Below are positions 11,321-24,855 of a DNA stretch of 50,133 nt, one piece after another. Made by a program: the position numbers and the translations under genes. Under the pieces are notes generated by a model, which was given only the letters and a program-made list of their open reading frames with translations, was not told where the DNA came from and ran no database searches. The stretch's first letter is position 1. The number at the start of each line of letters is the position of its first letter. Origin of the DNA: Reclinomonas americana ATCC 50394 (lineage: Eukaryota); the NCBI GenBank assembly GCA_048213135.1, contig PS015012.1:34681-84813 (forward strand). Direction: 5' to 3'.

Positions 11321-14300
11321 ATGGAGTTTTCGGCCAGTGTGCCGCAAAAGAGCGGCTTCTTGTCGCTGAGATCGGAGCGCAACACGAGTCTGTGGACGCG
11401 CAAATGGGTCGTGTTGGAACGCGACCTGCTCTCGGTGTATGCGCGCATCGAGGACTACCCTGGCTTTCCCGAGGAGACGATTACGTTGCGCGGAACACCG
11501 GTTCTCCGCACCGCCATCCGACCCAACTGTTTCCGAGTACGAACACCCCTCAAGAGGTACGTGTCTTGATNNNNNNNNNNNNNNNNNNNNCTCATCACCG
11601 GCTCGGCAACACGACCGCCAGCGCGCGATTCCTCCTCCTCCAGCAGCAGCATACGCTGAGTGCGATCGCTCTCGTCCTCAAACATAATCTGCTGCTTCTC
11701 AATCAGGCGCAGCCACTCGTTGGTGCTCGCCGCGCTGCGATGTGCGTCGTCTTGGAAGAACAAGCTGGAGGACACGACGACGTGAGGGAGGTGAGTGAAT
11801 TGCAGGATTCCCGAAAGCGGTGCCATGATGAATAACGACAAACAATGACAGCCAATTACGAGCGCACACATAAGAGCACACACAGAGGGAGGAGAGTACA
11901 CACATGTGGGAGCCAGGGTGACGCACAACGACAAGTGACCAGCGCGGAAAAACCGCAAACACACGATATCCATCGCCGACGAGACAACTCGCCGGTACAC
12001 GCTCTCTGTGATCCACACGCTCTCTCCCTATCTCTCTCTTGTTGGGTNNNNNNNNNNNNNNNNNNNNACCGGACACACGCAACGTTAGCTGCAGGCTCCG
12101 AGCGCAGGCGGCCCATCTGCATGCTGGCGGGTGCCGAGCTCGACTGCGGCGTGTTGGCAGGGCTGTTGCAGCGACTGCCATTCTGCTGATGAGACTGCTG
12201 CTGATTCTGCTTGGACCGGGAGGCGCCCCACTGCTCGAGAATGGCGTAGTGACGCTTGGTCTGGATCGGCCGGTCGTACAGCACCGAATCGATGGCGCTG
12301 ACCCACAGCTCGAGGTTTTCGGGCGGCGAGTTGGACGGATCAATAAACAGCATCTGCGACTGATCGCCGAGTTCCAGCGAGAACCCCGAGCGACACGCAT
12401 CCTGCCACCTCTCCAATCGCGTGCGTCCATCCAGCACAATAGTCTGCATGCGCACACCCCACGAGTCCTCGTACTGGAACAGTGTGCGATCGCACAAAAT
12501 CCACCACGACTCCTTGTGTGTGCCTTCTCGGAGAAACACAATCTCAATCAGCACGACAAAGGAGGGGGAGGAGACCACAAACAAGAGCTCGTGGCTACGC
12601 ACCATGCAGTACGAGGGGACCGNNNNNNNNNNNNNNNNNNNNGCTCACCGACGCTTTGTAGTGGCGATCCTGACCCTGCTGTGCGTGCAGATTTACATGA
12701 ATCCGTTCACCCTGGGTGGTGAGGCGGCCGACGCCCCGACATCCACCGATTCCAGCAGTGCTGGCCAGCGGCCGGCCACTATGGGCGCTATGCCACAGCC
12801 GCCTGCAGGCCTCTCTGACCTGGCACACAAGTATCAGCCGCTGCTCGGTCTGCGCGAGCTGCGCGGTCTCGGCCCCGCCACTCCGCGCGGCATGAACAGT
12901 CCGCGTGGTCTCGGTGACCCCAGCATGCTGCTGCCACTGTTGCGCTCGCGCAGCGGCCTGGGCCTCAACTCACCGCGTAGCACCGGACTCAATTCACCCC
13001 GCGGCTCCGGTCTCAATTCACCGCGCTCCCTGCTCAACTCGCCACGCGGTCTGCCCGACGGCCCGGCACCCCAGCCACCGGAGTTCAACCCCACCTTTTC
13101 CAGCGGTCTGGTGCCGACTGCCATGGCAGCGCAGGACCCTGAGCTGGCGGCCCTGCTGTCGAGGATGGCGGAACGCTTCCCTGGATTGGCCAAGGACAAC
13201 CAGAATGTGGACGAGGTCATTGAGCAGCTGACCAACCTGTTGGAGGACAAGCACGAGAAGGATGCACTGATGGCCGTGCTCAAGCGTCGTCGCAAGAACA
13301 AGGGCGGCATTGGTCTGCAGCCGTCCGGCGGTGCCGACGGTAGCACCGGAAGCAGCTCTGGCGGCGGTGCATCGGCAGCGGCAGATGGCAGCGACGATGC
13401 GCCAACAGCAGACATGGGCGTCGGTCACGACTCTGACGACTCCGACGAAGACAACCTGGTGGACGAGGAGATGGCCAAGGACTCCAAGAAGAAGCAGACG
13501 AAGCGACGCCGCACTCAGTCGCTCTCGCTGATCATGCAAGGACTGGCCCCGGAACCCGAGGGTCGCAACTCGACAGCCGACGACTTGACGGCCGACCCCG
13601 CGAGCGACCACGCTACCAGTTCGATGAACATTGCCAAGTTGGAGCGCCGCTTGTCGACGACCATCAATCCCGGTCTGCTCAGCGATCGTCTGATGTCGCC
13701 GACCAACAGCAGCCGCCCAGTGATTACGCGTGCCGAACGCCGCAAGTCCATTCAGGACCTTCAGCGGTGAGTCCCACACACCGCATCACAGTGCGCATTG
13801 TGTCAGCTTCAGCAGCATCTCACCCCCTTTTTTTGTTGTTCTCGCAGATCGGCAGCACCGTCAGCCATGGAGGTGACGCAGGGTCTCGATGCGAGCCACC
13901 CACTGCTCGCGCACACCAAGGACCTCGCCGGTTCACTGGCCAGCCTCGAGAGCATGCAGACAAAGGAGCGAGTGCCGATGACACTGCTGGTGGCGCGCGA
14001 ACTGCCAGCCGATCACCCCATCTTCTCCAGCTCGTCGCTGCTGGCCGACAACCTCAGCTCGCGTCGCTCTCGCCGCGGCAGTGTGGTCTCCATGAGCTCC
14101 ATCATGTCACCGACAAACTCAAGGCAGTCCGTGTCGCCGAGCAGACGGGATCACCAACAACAGCCGCACATGTTCCCGGGTCTGCTTGACACCCCGGCTT
14201 CCGCGCCGGCGAGCCTTCTCCACGCTCANNNNNNNNNNNNNNNNNNNNNNNNNNNNNNNNNNNNNNNNNNNNNNNNNNNNNNNNNNNNNNNNNNNNNNNN

Positions 14301-15755
14301 NNNNNNNNNNNNNNNNNNNNNNNNNNNNNNNNNNNNNNNNNNNNNNNNNNNNNNNNNNNNNNNNNNNNNNNNNNNNNNNNNNNNNNNNNNNNNNNNNNNN
14401 NNNNNNNNNNNNNNNNNNNNNNNNNNNNNNNNNGCACTCGATGCCGGCCTTTTCGCCTCCGGAGAAGTTCGGTAGCGGTCCGCCGAGCCCGTACACACCT
14501 CCGGCCAGCATCATGGGCACTCCAGCGGAGCCGCCGGGTGCGCCGATCAAGGACAAGTCCAACCCGGCCACGGTCGGCAACCCGATGCCGCTGGTGATGC
14601 AGCCGTCCAAGTCGACTGGCACTCGCGCAGAGCCAGCCGCACCAGGCCACACATCACCGAGACGCCGCACTATTCTGAACGGCTCCGAGCTGCCGCCAGC
14701 GGCCAGCGTGGTTGCAGACTCGGAACGGCCGTCGCCGAGCCCCGGTCGCACGGCGATGAGTCCGTTTGGAGTTCGCTCGGCATCGCCACGCGCACCGCCA
14801 GCATCGCCCGCCGCCGCATTCGGAAGCACTCCGCTGCCAGCGCCACCCACTGGTGGGCCGCGTACTGTCAGCGATTTGGTCGGCGGCAGGAAAACAAACG
14901 CCAGGTTTGTCGCAACTGAGCAGCTGCTGCTCTTGTTCTTGCCTTTTCGTGTTGCTAACTTCTCCATCTCCCACACAACACAGCCCACGAGCGTCGCCCC
15001 GCGAGTTCCTGGCCTCCCTCAATCAGCAACCAGCATCACCAATGGCGGCACTGCCGGCGCCGCTCATGCGCGCCCAGTCGACGCCGATAGTGGCTCCGTC
15101 GTCGCCGTCACCTGCGCCCTCGATGAGCAGCGGTGCGGCCGACGACCTGGCCGTGACGAAGAAGGCCACTGGAGGCAGGAAGAAGCTGCTGAAGAAGAAG
15201 TCTGCGTCGTCGGTGACCTCGAAGAAGTCGGCGGCTTCATCGGCAGCGGCGGCGGCGAGCCCTCCCGAGGCGGGCGACGCTGCCATTGTGGCCGACAGCA
15301 AGGATGACGACCACGATGGTGCGGAGGACGAGAAGAGCACTGCGACGACGACACCGCGTGCCGGTGGCAAGCGAGTGGTCAAGAAGAAGATCATTAAGAA
15401 GAAGGCCGTCAAGACGCCGCGCGGAGTCGCTCCAGCGAGCGACGACCAGCCGCCGGCTGTGGCGGATTCGGCTTCAGCCGACAATGATCCGGCGGCGGAG
15501 GAGGAGGCCGGGGCTATGCTATCGCCCACGGCCACCGACGCCGTACCGTTGTCTGCGCGCAGTCGCAAGGTGGTGAAGAAGAAGCTGATTCGCAAGGTGT
15601 CCAGCTCGACGGTGCAGAAGACGATGGCGTCGTCGTCGTCGTCGACTGTGCAGGAGGGCGGTAGCATGATGATCAACACCTCCATGTCCAGTGTGGCTGT
15701 CACACAAAAAACAACAGCACGCATCCCCACTACGCCACCAGCGCGCAGGCTATAG
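11321..15755 (+). CDS. Tandem PH-domain protein with a long Ser/Pro-rich and basic low-complexity tail; two internal contigs (11591-12047, 12068-12622) are reversed in the assembly
   Basis: PH1 starts on + (KSGFLSLRSERNTSLWTRKWVVLERDLLSVY...FRVRTPLK). It is completed by SLFFQDD...TNEWLRLIE and a second PH (MSGPLVLH...ESWWILCDRTLFQY...LELWVSAIDS), both read from the - strand of the two gap-bounded contigs. The gene resumes on + at about 12691 (IYMNPF) and ends at TAG 15753-15755. Confidence 0.75.
12880..13050 (+). repeat. Coding degenerate tandem repeat encoding (G/S)xLNSPR-like units
   Basis: Translation reads ATPRGMNSPR...LGLNSPRSTGLNSPRGSGLNSPRSLLNSPRG, with mostly 21-24 nt spacing among the last four units. 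Confidence 0.8.
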
Positions 15756-15943
15756 GGAGGGGGAAGGTGCTGGCGACGGGGGGAAAAAGGAACCCACTAG
15801 TAACATAGTTTTTGACTTTCTTGATGTGTTTTATAGTGAAACTGAGAATTAATTTTTGGCCACTGAACATCACCACCACCACTGTCAGTCACATGCACAC
15901 TCAACTGGTCGCGCTCCTCCTCCCCACACACGCACACACGGAC

Positions 15944-17737
15944 CTACTCGCGAGCGCGCGCATGCAACTGCGCACGCAACCGGGCCTCCCGCTCCTCAGT
16001 CGATCCTTGTCTGTGCTCCGCCCATCGTGAGATGCAAAGAAAAAAGTGACGTGCTGACGAGATGATGACATGACGCACGTTGGTGACACGGCCTCCTCAG
16101 CTGCACCACCGCTGCCGCGTGTCATGGCTGCGTTGTCCATTTCCAGCACCGGTGACAACCGTCGTCGTCTTCGCTCCGGCGAGGCCGACGGTCCACGGCG
16201 AGGTGGCGGCGGGGACCGTGAGCGCGAGAGCGACGGTGAGCGTTCACGCGATCGCTTGCGATCCCGACGACGGTCACCGGTTTCGCGCTGCTTGTGTCGT
16301 CGAGCGCGGCGTTCCTCTCGGGAGATTCGTTCCCGCGACCTGCGGGCATGCGTGAGACAACAACAACAACAACAACACCAACAAAAAGGCACACATGCTT
16401 TCTGTGACGCACCCGCTGCGCGAACGCGATCGGCGGCGTGGTGGCGGTGGCGAGCGAGAGCGTGATCTCGGCGACCGGGATCGGCGAGCAGGTGGTGAAC
16501 GAGAACGACGACGGCGGCGGGGTGGCGATGGCGAACGACGGCGCTTCGGGCGATCACTGTCGCTACTCGGTGATCGCTCACGACGGCGACGATCACGCAC
16601 ATCGTCATCCGGAGCGCCACCAGCCGCATTAGCATCATCGCCGACACGCGCTGAGAAGCCCGTACGCCGTCCCGACGGCAGCACACGTGTGATGGTGGGT
16701 GCCACGCCCTGCGAGACGAGAACAGCATAGTGTGAGACACACACGAATGACGAGCGGGGAAAGTCTGCGGAGCGAAACTGGCAATAGCGGTGCTTGTTGC
16801 TGCGCGCGACAATTGTGGTGAGGAACTCAAAAAAAGAGCGAGAGTGACAGTGAGCAGAGGCAGACGTAACTGGGAGATCGCCAAAACGACTGTTGACTAC
16901 GGGCACCGCATTCGATGAGCTGCCCATCGGCACATCTGCGCACACTCGATTGAGTCTCCTTCCCAGCGCTTTCCACGCCCTCTCTCTGCACACCGAGAAA
17001 ACGAACCGGCAGCAGAGAGTTTCGGAATGGGGCGTCGCGCCTCCTCCCCGTGACCACCGCCACCGCCACCGCCACCACCCGAGCGAGAACCAACGGCATT
17101 GGAGGCGTCCAGCTGGGCACGATGAATCGCCTGCGAGACAGCCGCCTCACGACGCGCCTGCTCAGTGAGAATGTCACGCTTGCGTTCCAGGAACTCGCGC
17201 GGCACACCGCCCACGGTTTGCTGTGCAGAGAGCAGAAGCTTCCACAGCTCGTCCATGAATTGATATGCATGCTGCTGCAGGAAACCCGTCAACTGAATCT
17301 GCCACTCACGTGGATCCGCAATCTGCGACCCCGCTCACACGTGAGCACACACACACACGAACACAAGAGGCAGACTAAGCGAGCGAGCGAGAGAGAGAGA
17401 GAGAGGCACACCTCCGTCTCGAGCATCTCCACCGCATAGTTGACGACCACGTCGTCTTCCAAGCCCAGCAGCTCCGTGATGCGATTGGTCATCCACCACT
17501 TGATCACGCTCTTCTCCACCTTGGCAAAGTCGACCTTGTTGGCAAAGACCTTCGGGAACTTCATGTTCTTCTTGAACTTCTTCATCTTGTCGAGGAAGCG
17601 CGGATCTTGGTCCGCTCCCGTGCCTGCATTTTCTCAACACAATCAGAAATGCATGCATGCATGACGGAGACAGAGAGTGAGTGAGAGTGTGGGAGAGTGA
17701 GTGACGCACCTTTGAACGCAATACTCGCATCGCCCAT
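15944..17737 (-). CDS. SRRM1: PWI-domain, RS-rich splicing coactivator (SRm160/SRRM1-like)
   Basis: MGDASIAFKG/TGADQDPRFLDK...MKFP...KVDFAKV...RITELLGLEDDVVVNY...WQIQLTGFL...FMDELWKLLLSAQQTVGGVPREFLE is a typical SRRM1 PWI domain. RS/RSRSP tracts follow, and the last exon ends EEREARLRAQLHARARE* (TAG 15944-15946). Confidence 0.9.
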
Positions 17738-18098
17738 GAGGTCTCTGTGTGTGCGTGTGGCACAATGCAATGAGCACATGAGAGTGAGCAGTGGCCACTC
17801 GAACTTGGCCCCCCTTCAACACGCACGCACACGCACACACTCTCTCACACACACAAGTGCAGATGTACAGCGACGAGAGGACACACAAAGAGAGGAGAGA
17901 CACCAACGCAGCACAGCACGATGCGTGTGTGTGCGTAATGAGTGCAACAAGTGCGGCATGTCACAAACGCACACACACGCACACACTCTTGCACAGGAAA
18001 CAGCGTGCACACACTCACCGTTTGGTTAGCACAATACACACACTGAAGAGAGATAGAGAGTGAGAGTGGAATCGCGATCAACCAAGCTTTGTTTTGCA

Positions 18099-21000
18099 AT
18101 GTGGGTCGCGCGCGATTGCCGCGTTTCCTTTGTCATCCACTCGACTGCGGCAAGTGAGCAGCAGGCAACACTGTGCGTCTCGTTCTCACAGGGCCAGAAT
18201 GCGCGTCAGGTGAGACCGCATGCTGGTGACATTGGAGTTTTCTTGTGCTCACTCACTGCGCGCAGGTGCTGGAGAGTGTCATTCGACAGGAGGGACTGCC
18301 ACTGCCGCTGCTCGACTCGCTAATGGAGCAGTACAGTGTGGCCACGCAGCGTGCGATTCACGACGATGCGCTGCGTCACATTCAAGGTGATCAAAGTGCT
18401 CTCATCGCACTTGTCTCTCTCTCTGTCGCTCGCTGACACGCACTGTGCGCTAGCCATGGCATCGATGTCAGTGCCGGTGCCGTCGGCGCAGTCGCCTTCA
18501 CCCGGTGCACCGTACGCGATGCCGAGTGCGGTTCCGTCGCCACCTGTTCCGTCGTCCAGCTCGGCCTTGGCGACTGCTGCTGCGGCGGCCTTGGCGGCGG
18601 CCGGCTCCAATGAGCAGCTGCTTGGCCAGCTGCGGCTGCTGTTCTTGTACTCGCGCGATGTGCAAAAGGCGCTGATTGAGTCGTTCCGGCATGCGGCGGT
18701 CGAGTACGCGCAGGTGTTGCGCACATTCTCGACGGTGCTCGGCGACTTGCGCGATAGGTGAGTGAGTGTTCGTCGTCGCCACGCCCTCGGCGATTGGTGA
18801 CGCCTGCGCGGCACAGACACGTGCGAGCGGTGGCGAGTGTGGCGAGCAGTGACGATGGTGCGGCGATGCAGGCGCTGGTGGAGCGACACATTGTGGAGAT
18901 TGGCGAGGTGGAGGAGCGGCAGAAGCGCCAACTGCAGCACCTGGCCGAATCGCAGGCGCACAGTCTGTGGTGTAGTGTGCGTTCGCTGTACGACGGCGAG
19001 GTGCGCAGTCGGGTGCACAATGGTGGACCTGTGCCGCTCTCGCCGGCCGCCAGTGGCGCTGTGAACGAGTCGCCGGCATTTCGGCCTCCCATCAAGCGAC
19101 TACCTCTGCAACCGTCGCCACCAAAGGGCAGCGGCTCGTCGCCACTGACCACTGCGTCAGGGAGTGGCACCACGAGCGCCACCACCCCGTCGTCGGCGCG
19201 CTCCAGTTCGGGTGGTGGCTTTTTCAGTCGTCTCAATCCGTTTGGTGGTGGTGGTGGTGCTGCTGCTGCTGTGGCCGACGATGTCAGTCTGGCACTGGCA
19301 CCGTCTGCTTCCTCGTTCGAGCTGCTGGTGGAGGAGCACTGGCCGTACTCGGAGTTGGTGGTCTCTGGTGACGTCTCCAACAGTGTCAGTCACGTATTGC
19401 GACTGGAAGTGTGTTCGTTGTCGGCGTCATTGTGTGAAGTCGCCGATCGCTTCCGCCCCGTGCAAGAGGTGATGTGGCCGTACCGAGATGTGGCATTCAT
19501 GCAGCAGAGCTTTTTGGACTCGCCACTGCATTCGTGTGCGCCGCATCAGGACTTGAGTGACTTGCTACCGGAGACGCTCACCGAGGCAACGACTCTGGAG
19601 CGCAGCTCTCGCATGTGGTGCGAAAGCTTTGCTCTCTCACAGCTGCGCGCACTGCTGGTGGGCGTCAGCGAACCTACGTTGGCGCACCCGGAGGTGGAGC
19701 GTTTGGTGACGGCCAGTAGCGAACTCGTGTACAGAGATTACTCGCGACAATTGGCCGACATTCGTCGTGCACATCCGCGCATGCAAGTCGGCGACGTGTA
19801 CATTACGCGGCACTCCAACCTGCGCGATTTCCACGTGGTCATTCACATTTATCATCCGAGACGCCGAGATGGTTGCGTTCACTGGTTCCACTATGTGTAT
19901 TTTGAGTGAGTGTGTTGTTGATCGATGTGGTCCAACAGCGGAGCCGGACGAGTGGCGGTGGACGTGCTTTGAACGTGGCCTACATCACGTCTTCGACCTG
20001 TGCCTGCTGCTCTCCATTCATCACCTCTCCGTGGCTTTACCGCTGTTCCCAGTGGGCGGTGCTAGTGCATCGGCACTGGTGAGCAAGTGACTGAACATTC
20101 TCCCTGACTGCTCAAGTGTCGCTCACACACTTTCCGGCGCACAGACGGTGGGCTACAAGGAGCAGGCACTGGCGACGTTGCATGCGTGGAAAAACGTGTA
20201 CAGGCGGCACCTCGACGCCACGCTTGTGCGCACCATGCCACCACCGTCATCGTTGCCCCTCTCGCCCACGGACAGTCGACACGGATCAGCGGCAGCAGCA
20301 CCGGATGTGGTGTCTGGTGCTGTGGCCGGGGCTGCTGACGATGGTATTCTGTCGCCGTCGGCCTCGGGCGACGACTTGTTTTCTGCAGACGACGACGGTG
20401 ATGCGATGCTCGTTGCTGCTGCTGCTGCTGCTGCTGCGGCAGTGGCGGCGGTGTCGTCGTCAGGCGAAAAGTTGCGCATGCAGTGCGCGCTCTTGCTCCT
20501 GCGTCTCTCGCTCATCACGCAGTCGTGCAGGAACAAGTCGCCGCATCTTGTCCTCGACGGGCCGTCAGCCTATCACGCACCGCTTCACTCGCGGACGAAG
20601 GTCGTACCTGGCGGCGCACGACCGGCCATTGTTCACGACGATGATCACGACAGCATGGCGAATCAGCGATTGCACAGCGAGGCGCAGAGCATGAGCATTC
20701 TGTGGGAGGGCAGCTCCAATGTGCATCCGCACTCGCGATGGTCGCGTTACTGTGGTCGAACACAACTGCTGCACCGCTATCCGCAAGATTCTGCCAGTGG
20801 CAGTGGCGACTCGGTGTCGTCATCGGTAGCGGCATCGTGGACCGCTCCGCAGCCACCGACCTCGCCGCCGCTGGTGGCCTTGATCGCCGACGCAGGTGTG
20901 TGGTGACGCGCACGAGTGTGACGCGTTGTTCTGTGCATTGAAGCAGTCTCCCTTGCCAGGTGAGCTGCCACCCAAGTTCCTGCCGGTGCCGGACTTGAGT

Positions 21001-21159
21001 GCAGTCGGCGTCAACGCATGTGGTCACGATGTGTTGACCTCGCACAACCCACCCCTGTTGCGCGATCTACGCTTGCTCTTTCCGTGGTCGAGCAAGACTA
21101 GCTCCGCCACACATCACGCCTTTGTGGATCTGCTGACGGGGAGAGCGCATTCGTTGTAA
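18099..21159 (+). CDS. C12orf4 / FERRY3-like protein (DUF2362)
   Basis: It contains the C12orf4-family motif GDVYITRHSNLRDFHVVIHI and a coiled segment LVERHIVEIGEVEERQKRQLQHLAESQ. About 6 GT-AG introns keep the frame to TAA 21157-21159. The C-terminal third is not recognised. Confidence 0.7.
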
Positions 21160-21220
21160 TAGTGATAATGTAGGTGGCCTAATGATTGTTTGTTGGTGTA
21201 CACTAAGTAAGCGCGACTTG

Positions 21221-24200
21221 CTACTGACCGGAACTGGTTGGTCGTGTGCCTCTTGCGCTGAGCACATGTGAGCTCTGTGGAGAGGCAGTGAGCGAGTGCG
21301 TTACAGATGAACAGCGGCGTGCGACGCAACAAAGTGAATGCGTGCCCACGTCGGCAGCGGCAAGTCAGGTCGCAAGTAGACGGCAGGGAGTGAGGTCTTG
21401 ATTTCGGGAATGTACAGCGCCATGTCTTCATCATCCTCGACTGCGCTCACACGCACACATGCACATGCGTGAGCCACGGTTCGCAACTCAGAGATCGGGA
21501 TTCACCACACACCTGGATTGTAGTGGGCACCCTCCGTGTCGGCGCTGCCCAGGTCGTACTTGGAGCTGCACAGGTTCAGGCGGAATCCAGGGAAGAACAT
21601 CGCCATGACCACGACTGCCGAAATGATCAGGTTGATAAAGCTGATCAGCACATAGCGGCTGGAGAACTGCGCGACCATTGCATGTCAGTACACACAATGT
21701 GATACACACACAAGGACTTGTGCACTTACCGGCAGCTGCGAGTAGAGGTATCCGTTGAACAACGCAAAGAGATGGTGCGCCACCAAGCCGAATGACATGG
21801 ATGTGGTGACGGCCTTGGCCAGATCGTCGTCGTACTTGGGAGGCTGGCGGTACGTACGCAACACTACACAAACACACACACACACACACACACACTCTGA
21901 ATCAGCACTGTGCGGTCACCTGGAAACGCCCGAAGAAACGAGCTGAGCGAGTGCGATTCGCAACAATTGAACTTGTCAACCAGCGAAGACACAAGCAGCA
22001 CCAGGCCAGTGGGGATCCAGATGGCTGCGCGCGCACGCGCACATACAGATGTAAGACATGCGTTTCTTCCACACCAACATATCTCTCTCGTCTCCTCCCC
22101 AACACTCACCAGGGAATGCCGACGAGAACCACATGGTGACGAAAATGGTCTTGAGGAGCCACGCATTGCGGGCGGTGAGGTTGAATTCGGGTCCAATGTA
22201 CGCATTCAGCAGCTCCTGCTGCAGTCGCACAAAGCACGACACCTTGATCCAGCGCGACAAACGCCAGATGGGATACTCGAGAATCTGGAGGGCGAGCGCA
22301 ATGCCGAGTCCGGTGAACACAATCGAGTAGATGGAGCCGGCGTTGAAGACGTAAAAATCCTCGGTGCTGCTGGTGCGGCGTACCCACTCCGACACCAGCA
22401 AGATAATGACGGCTGAGTTGATAAACTGCGCCCACGCCAGCTTCAAGCATGTGGCACGGCACGTGTCGGTGTGCGTGTAGTGGCGCTCCAGCACGCCAAA
22501 CACAAACATCACACGCTGGAGCACAAAGTTGATCAAGGCAATGACAATGGCGATGATGAAAGCCAGCACGCTGCCGCCGACATTCTTGTCGCTCTTGGCG
22601 CGATTGTTCTTCTCCGTGTCCAGCACGTAGATAATGTAGGCCGACAGTCCGATAAGGCATACGGCGAGCGAGTTGAAAATAAGGAAGCGAATGAAGCGGT
22701 TGAATGTGCCGAATCGCAAGTGGCTCCAGTACACGTCACTGGGCTCCGGAGCGGCGTTCACAGACGGCTTGCTCGGGAAATGCCTGTCGACAACAAACGA
22801 GTGGGTGGTGGTGTGAGTCACCACACTTGTGCGACGAGGGTGAACAAGTAAACTCAACTGTCTCCACGAGTCCTTCAGCGTGGCGACTTCGTCGTTGGCG
22901 AAATCATCACGGAACACAGGCTGCTTGAGCACATGCAGCATCTTGTTCGCCGACTCCTCCAAGTCGAATACCACAAGCGCGAGGCCCGTCGACGGATATG
23001 CCTTGCCGGCGAGCTGCACGAGCGAGAGGTACAGAGAAAACAACGTTCAGCGTCACACGCCCCAGTAAACGTAGACACACACAAGCGCGGTCGGCGAACC
23101 TCGCGCAGACGCTTGCGTGTCTCCTCAAACTCAATCTTGTAGTACTCGGAGGTGCGACCGAATCCCAACTTCATGCCAAACGTGAGCCGTGTGATGGGCG
23201 GCGGCTGGATGCCTTTCAGGATCTCGAGACCGCGCGTCTTCTTGTACTTTTGATGCAGTTGCACGAGCTTGACAATCGTGTTCTCCAGCTCTGGGCAGTT
23301 GTAGACCACGACGATCTGGTCGACGAGGCCGAACTGCTCGCAAAACTCCTTCACCTGCTCCGGACTCGTGAGAGACTTGGGCAGGCCGTAGAGTACGACC
23401 GAGAAGTCACTGTGTAGGCGTGTGTGAGTGGAGGAGGAAGTGCGAAGGGAGAAAGGCCAAGGCACACCATGTCGTGGTGGTCTCCATATCGATTGTCGTG
23501 GCATCCTTTTGCTGTCGCGTCTTGACAAAGATAAAGAAGAGCACAGAGAGCACCGTGACGAACGACTGCAGCACCGAGACCCACACCGGCGGCTCAGCTG
23601 TGCAGTCCGACGGTGCGCCCGACAGGGAGCACCAGAACGTGCCTGCTCATTTGCGTCAGTGAAAAGAGAAGGGAGAGAAAGACAAGGCGAGAGAGAGCAA
23701 GAAGGGAGAGTAAAGGAGAGAGCAACGAGTCTATAATCACTCCACTATGCTTTGCATGTGAGGGAAACAGACGCAACGACCAAAGGCGCCGTACGAGGTG
23801 CGATACCAGAATGTCACCGGTCGTGCCACACCATCGGCCAATGCACCAGTCGGAGGAGTGCTTCCCGACAGGAGAACAAAGTAGATTACACACGCCGCGG
23901 TCTATCCCACGCACGTGTAAGAAGCCACGCTAATGGCAAGCAGAGCAGCGAAGGAGCTCACCAGCAGGCCAAGCGCCAAGAAAAAGAGAGCGACCAATAT
24001 CTGGAAGCGCAGATACAGAAGCACGCCAATGCCCAGCTCGCGCAGCTTATCCAGTGGTGTGAAGAACGAGTACGGCGAGTAACTCAGCTGCTCCTCCTGA
24101 TTGAAGGCGCGCTGCATGCGATACACCTCCGCCGCATCGTAATCCAAGTCACCGTACTCCTCCGTCACTTGCGCATCTGTCACCCGCACACACGCAGATA

Positions 24201-24602
24201 AGCAAGAAGTGAGAGTGTCTCTCTGTCTATTTTGGAGTCGCTCACCAGTGGGCAGTGACATCTCCATGACTTGCGTGGACGGCGTGACAGTATTCGACGC
24301 CTCCGCATCGGTCAAGCCATGAAAGCGCTTCTTCTTCAGCTTGAGCTTATCGCCGCCCGGTCGCATCCGGTTCATCAGATTCGCCATGCCTCCTGTGCTC
24401 GTGGGCGCACCACCATCCGCAGCAAAGAGCGGACCCACTTATATGATGTGAAGAGAGAGAGAGTGAGAGTGAGTGATAAGTGGCGGCTCACATCATTTTT
24501 CCTTCTTTTTTCAAGAGTGTGTGTAGAAAGAGAAGAGAGAAGAGGGAGAGAGCGCTCACCGGCGTTACTAACGCCACCCGCGGTCTCCTCGTCGCCTTGC
24601 AT
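21221..24602 (-). CDS. OSCA/TMEM63/CSC1-like multi-pass channel (protist type)
   Basis: Many TM helices plus the motifs LGIGVLLYLRF, DFSVVLYGLP, AAPEPSDVYWSHL (compare OSCA APEPxDxxWxNL), ERHYTHT, QQELLNAYIGPEFNL and DKFNLLRTYRQPPKYD. About 12 introns. The start MQGDEETAGG at 24602 and the stop at 21221 are inferred. Confidence 0.8.
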
Positions 24603-24855
24603 GTTGCAATAACGTCTTTCGTTGTCCCGTTTCTCTGAGTCATCACACAAACTGTCCACTTTGATCGAACACAAAGACGGCAGCGCATGTCAGCTTGTTC
24701 CTTGCTCTTGACATGCATGTGCGTGCATGCATCTCCACTTTGTTGCTTGCGTTGCGCGCCACACTGTTGAATTCTCATTGGCGTCCGGTTTGTCGGAATG
24801 AGTCATGCTCTTCCCGCCACGACAACTGTCCCCCCTTTGCTTCAAGTGAGCAACA

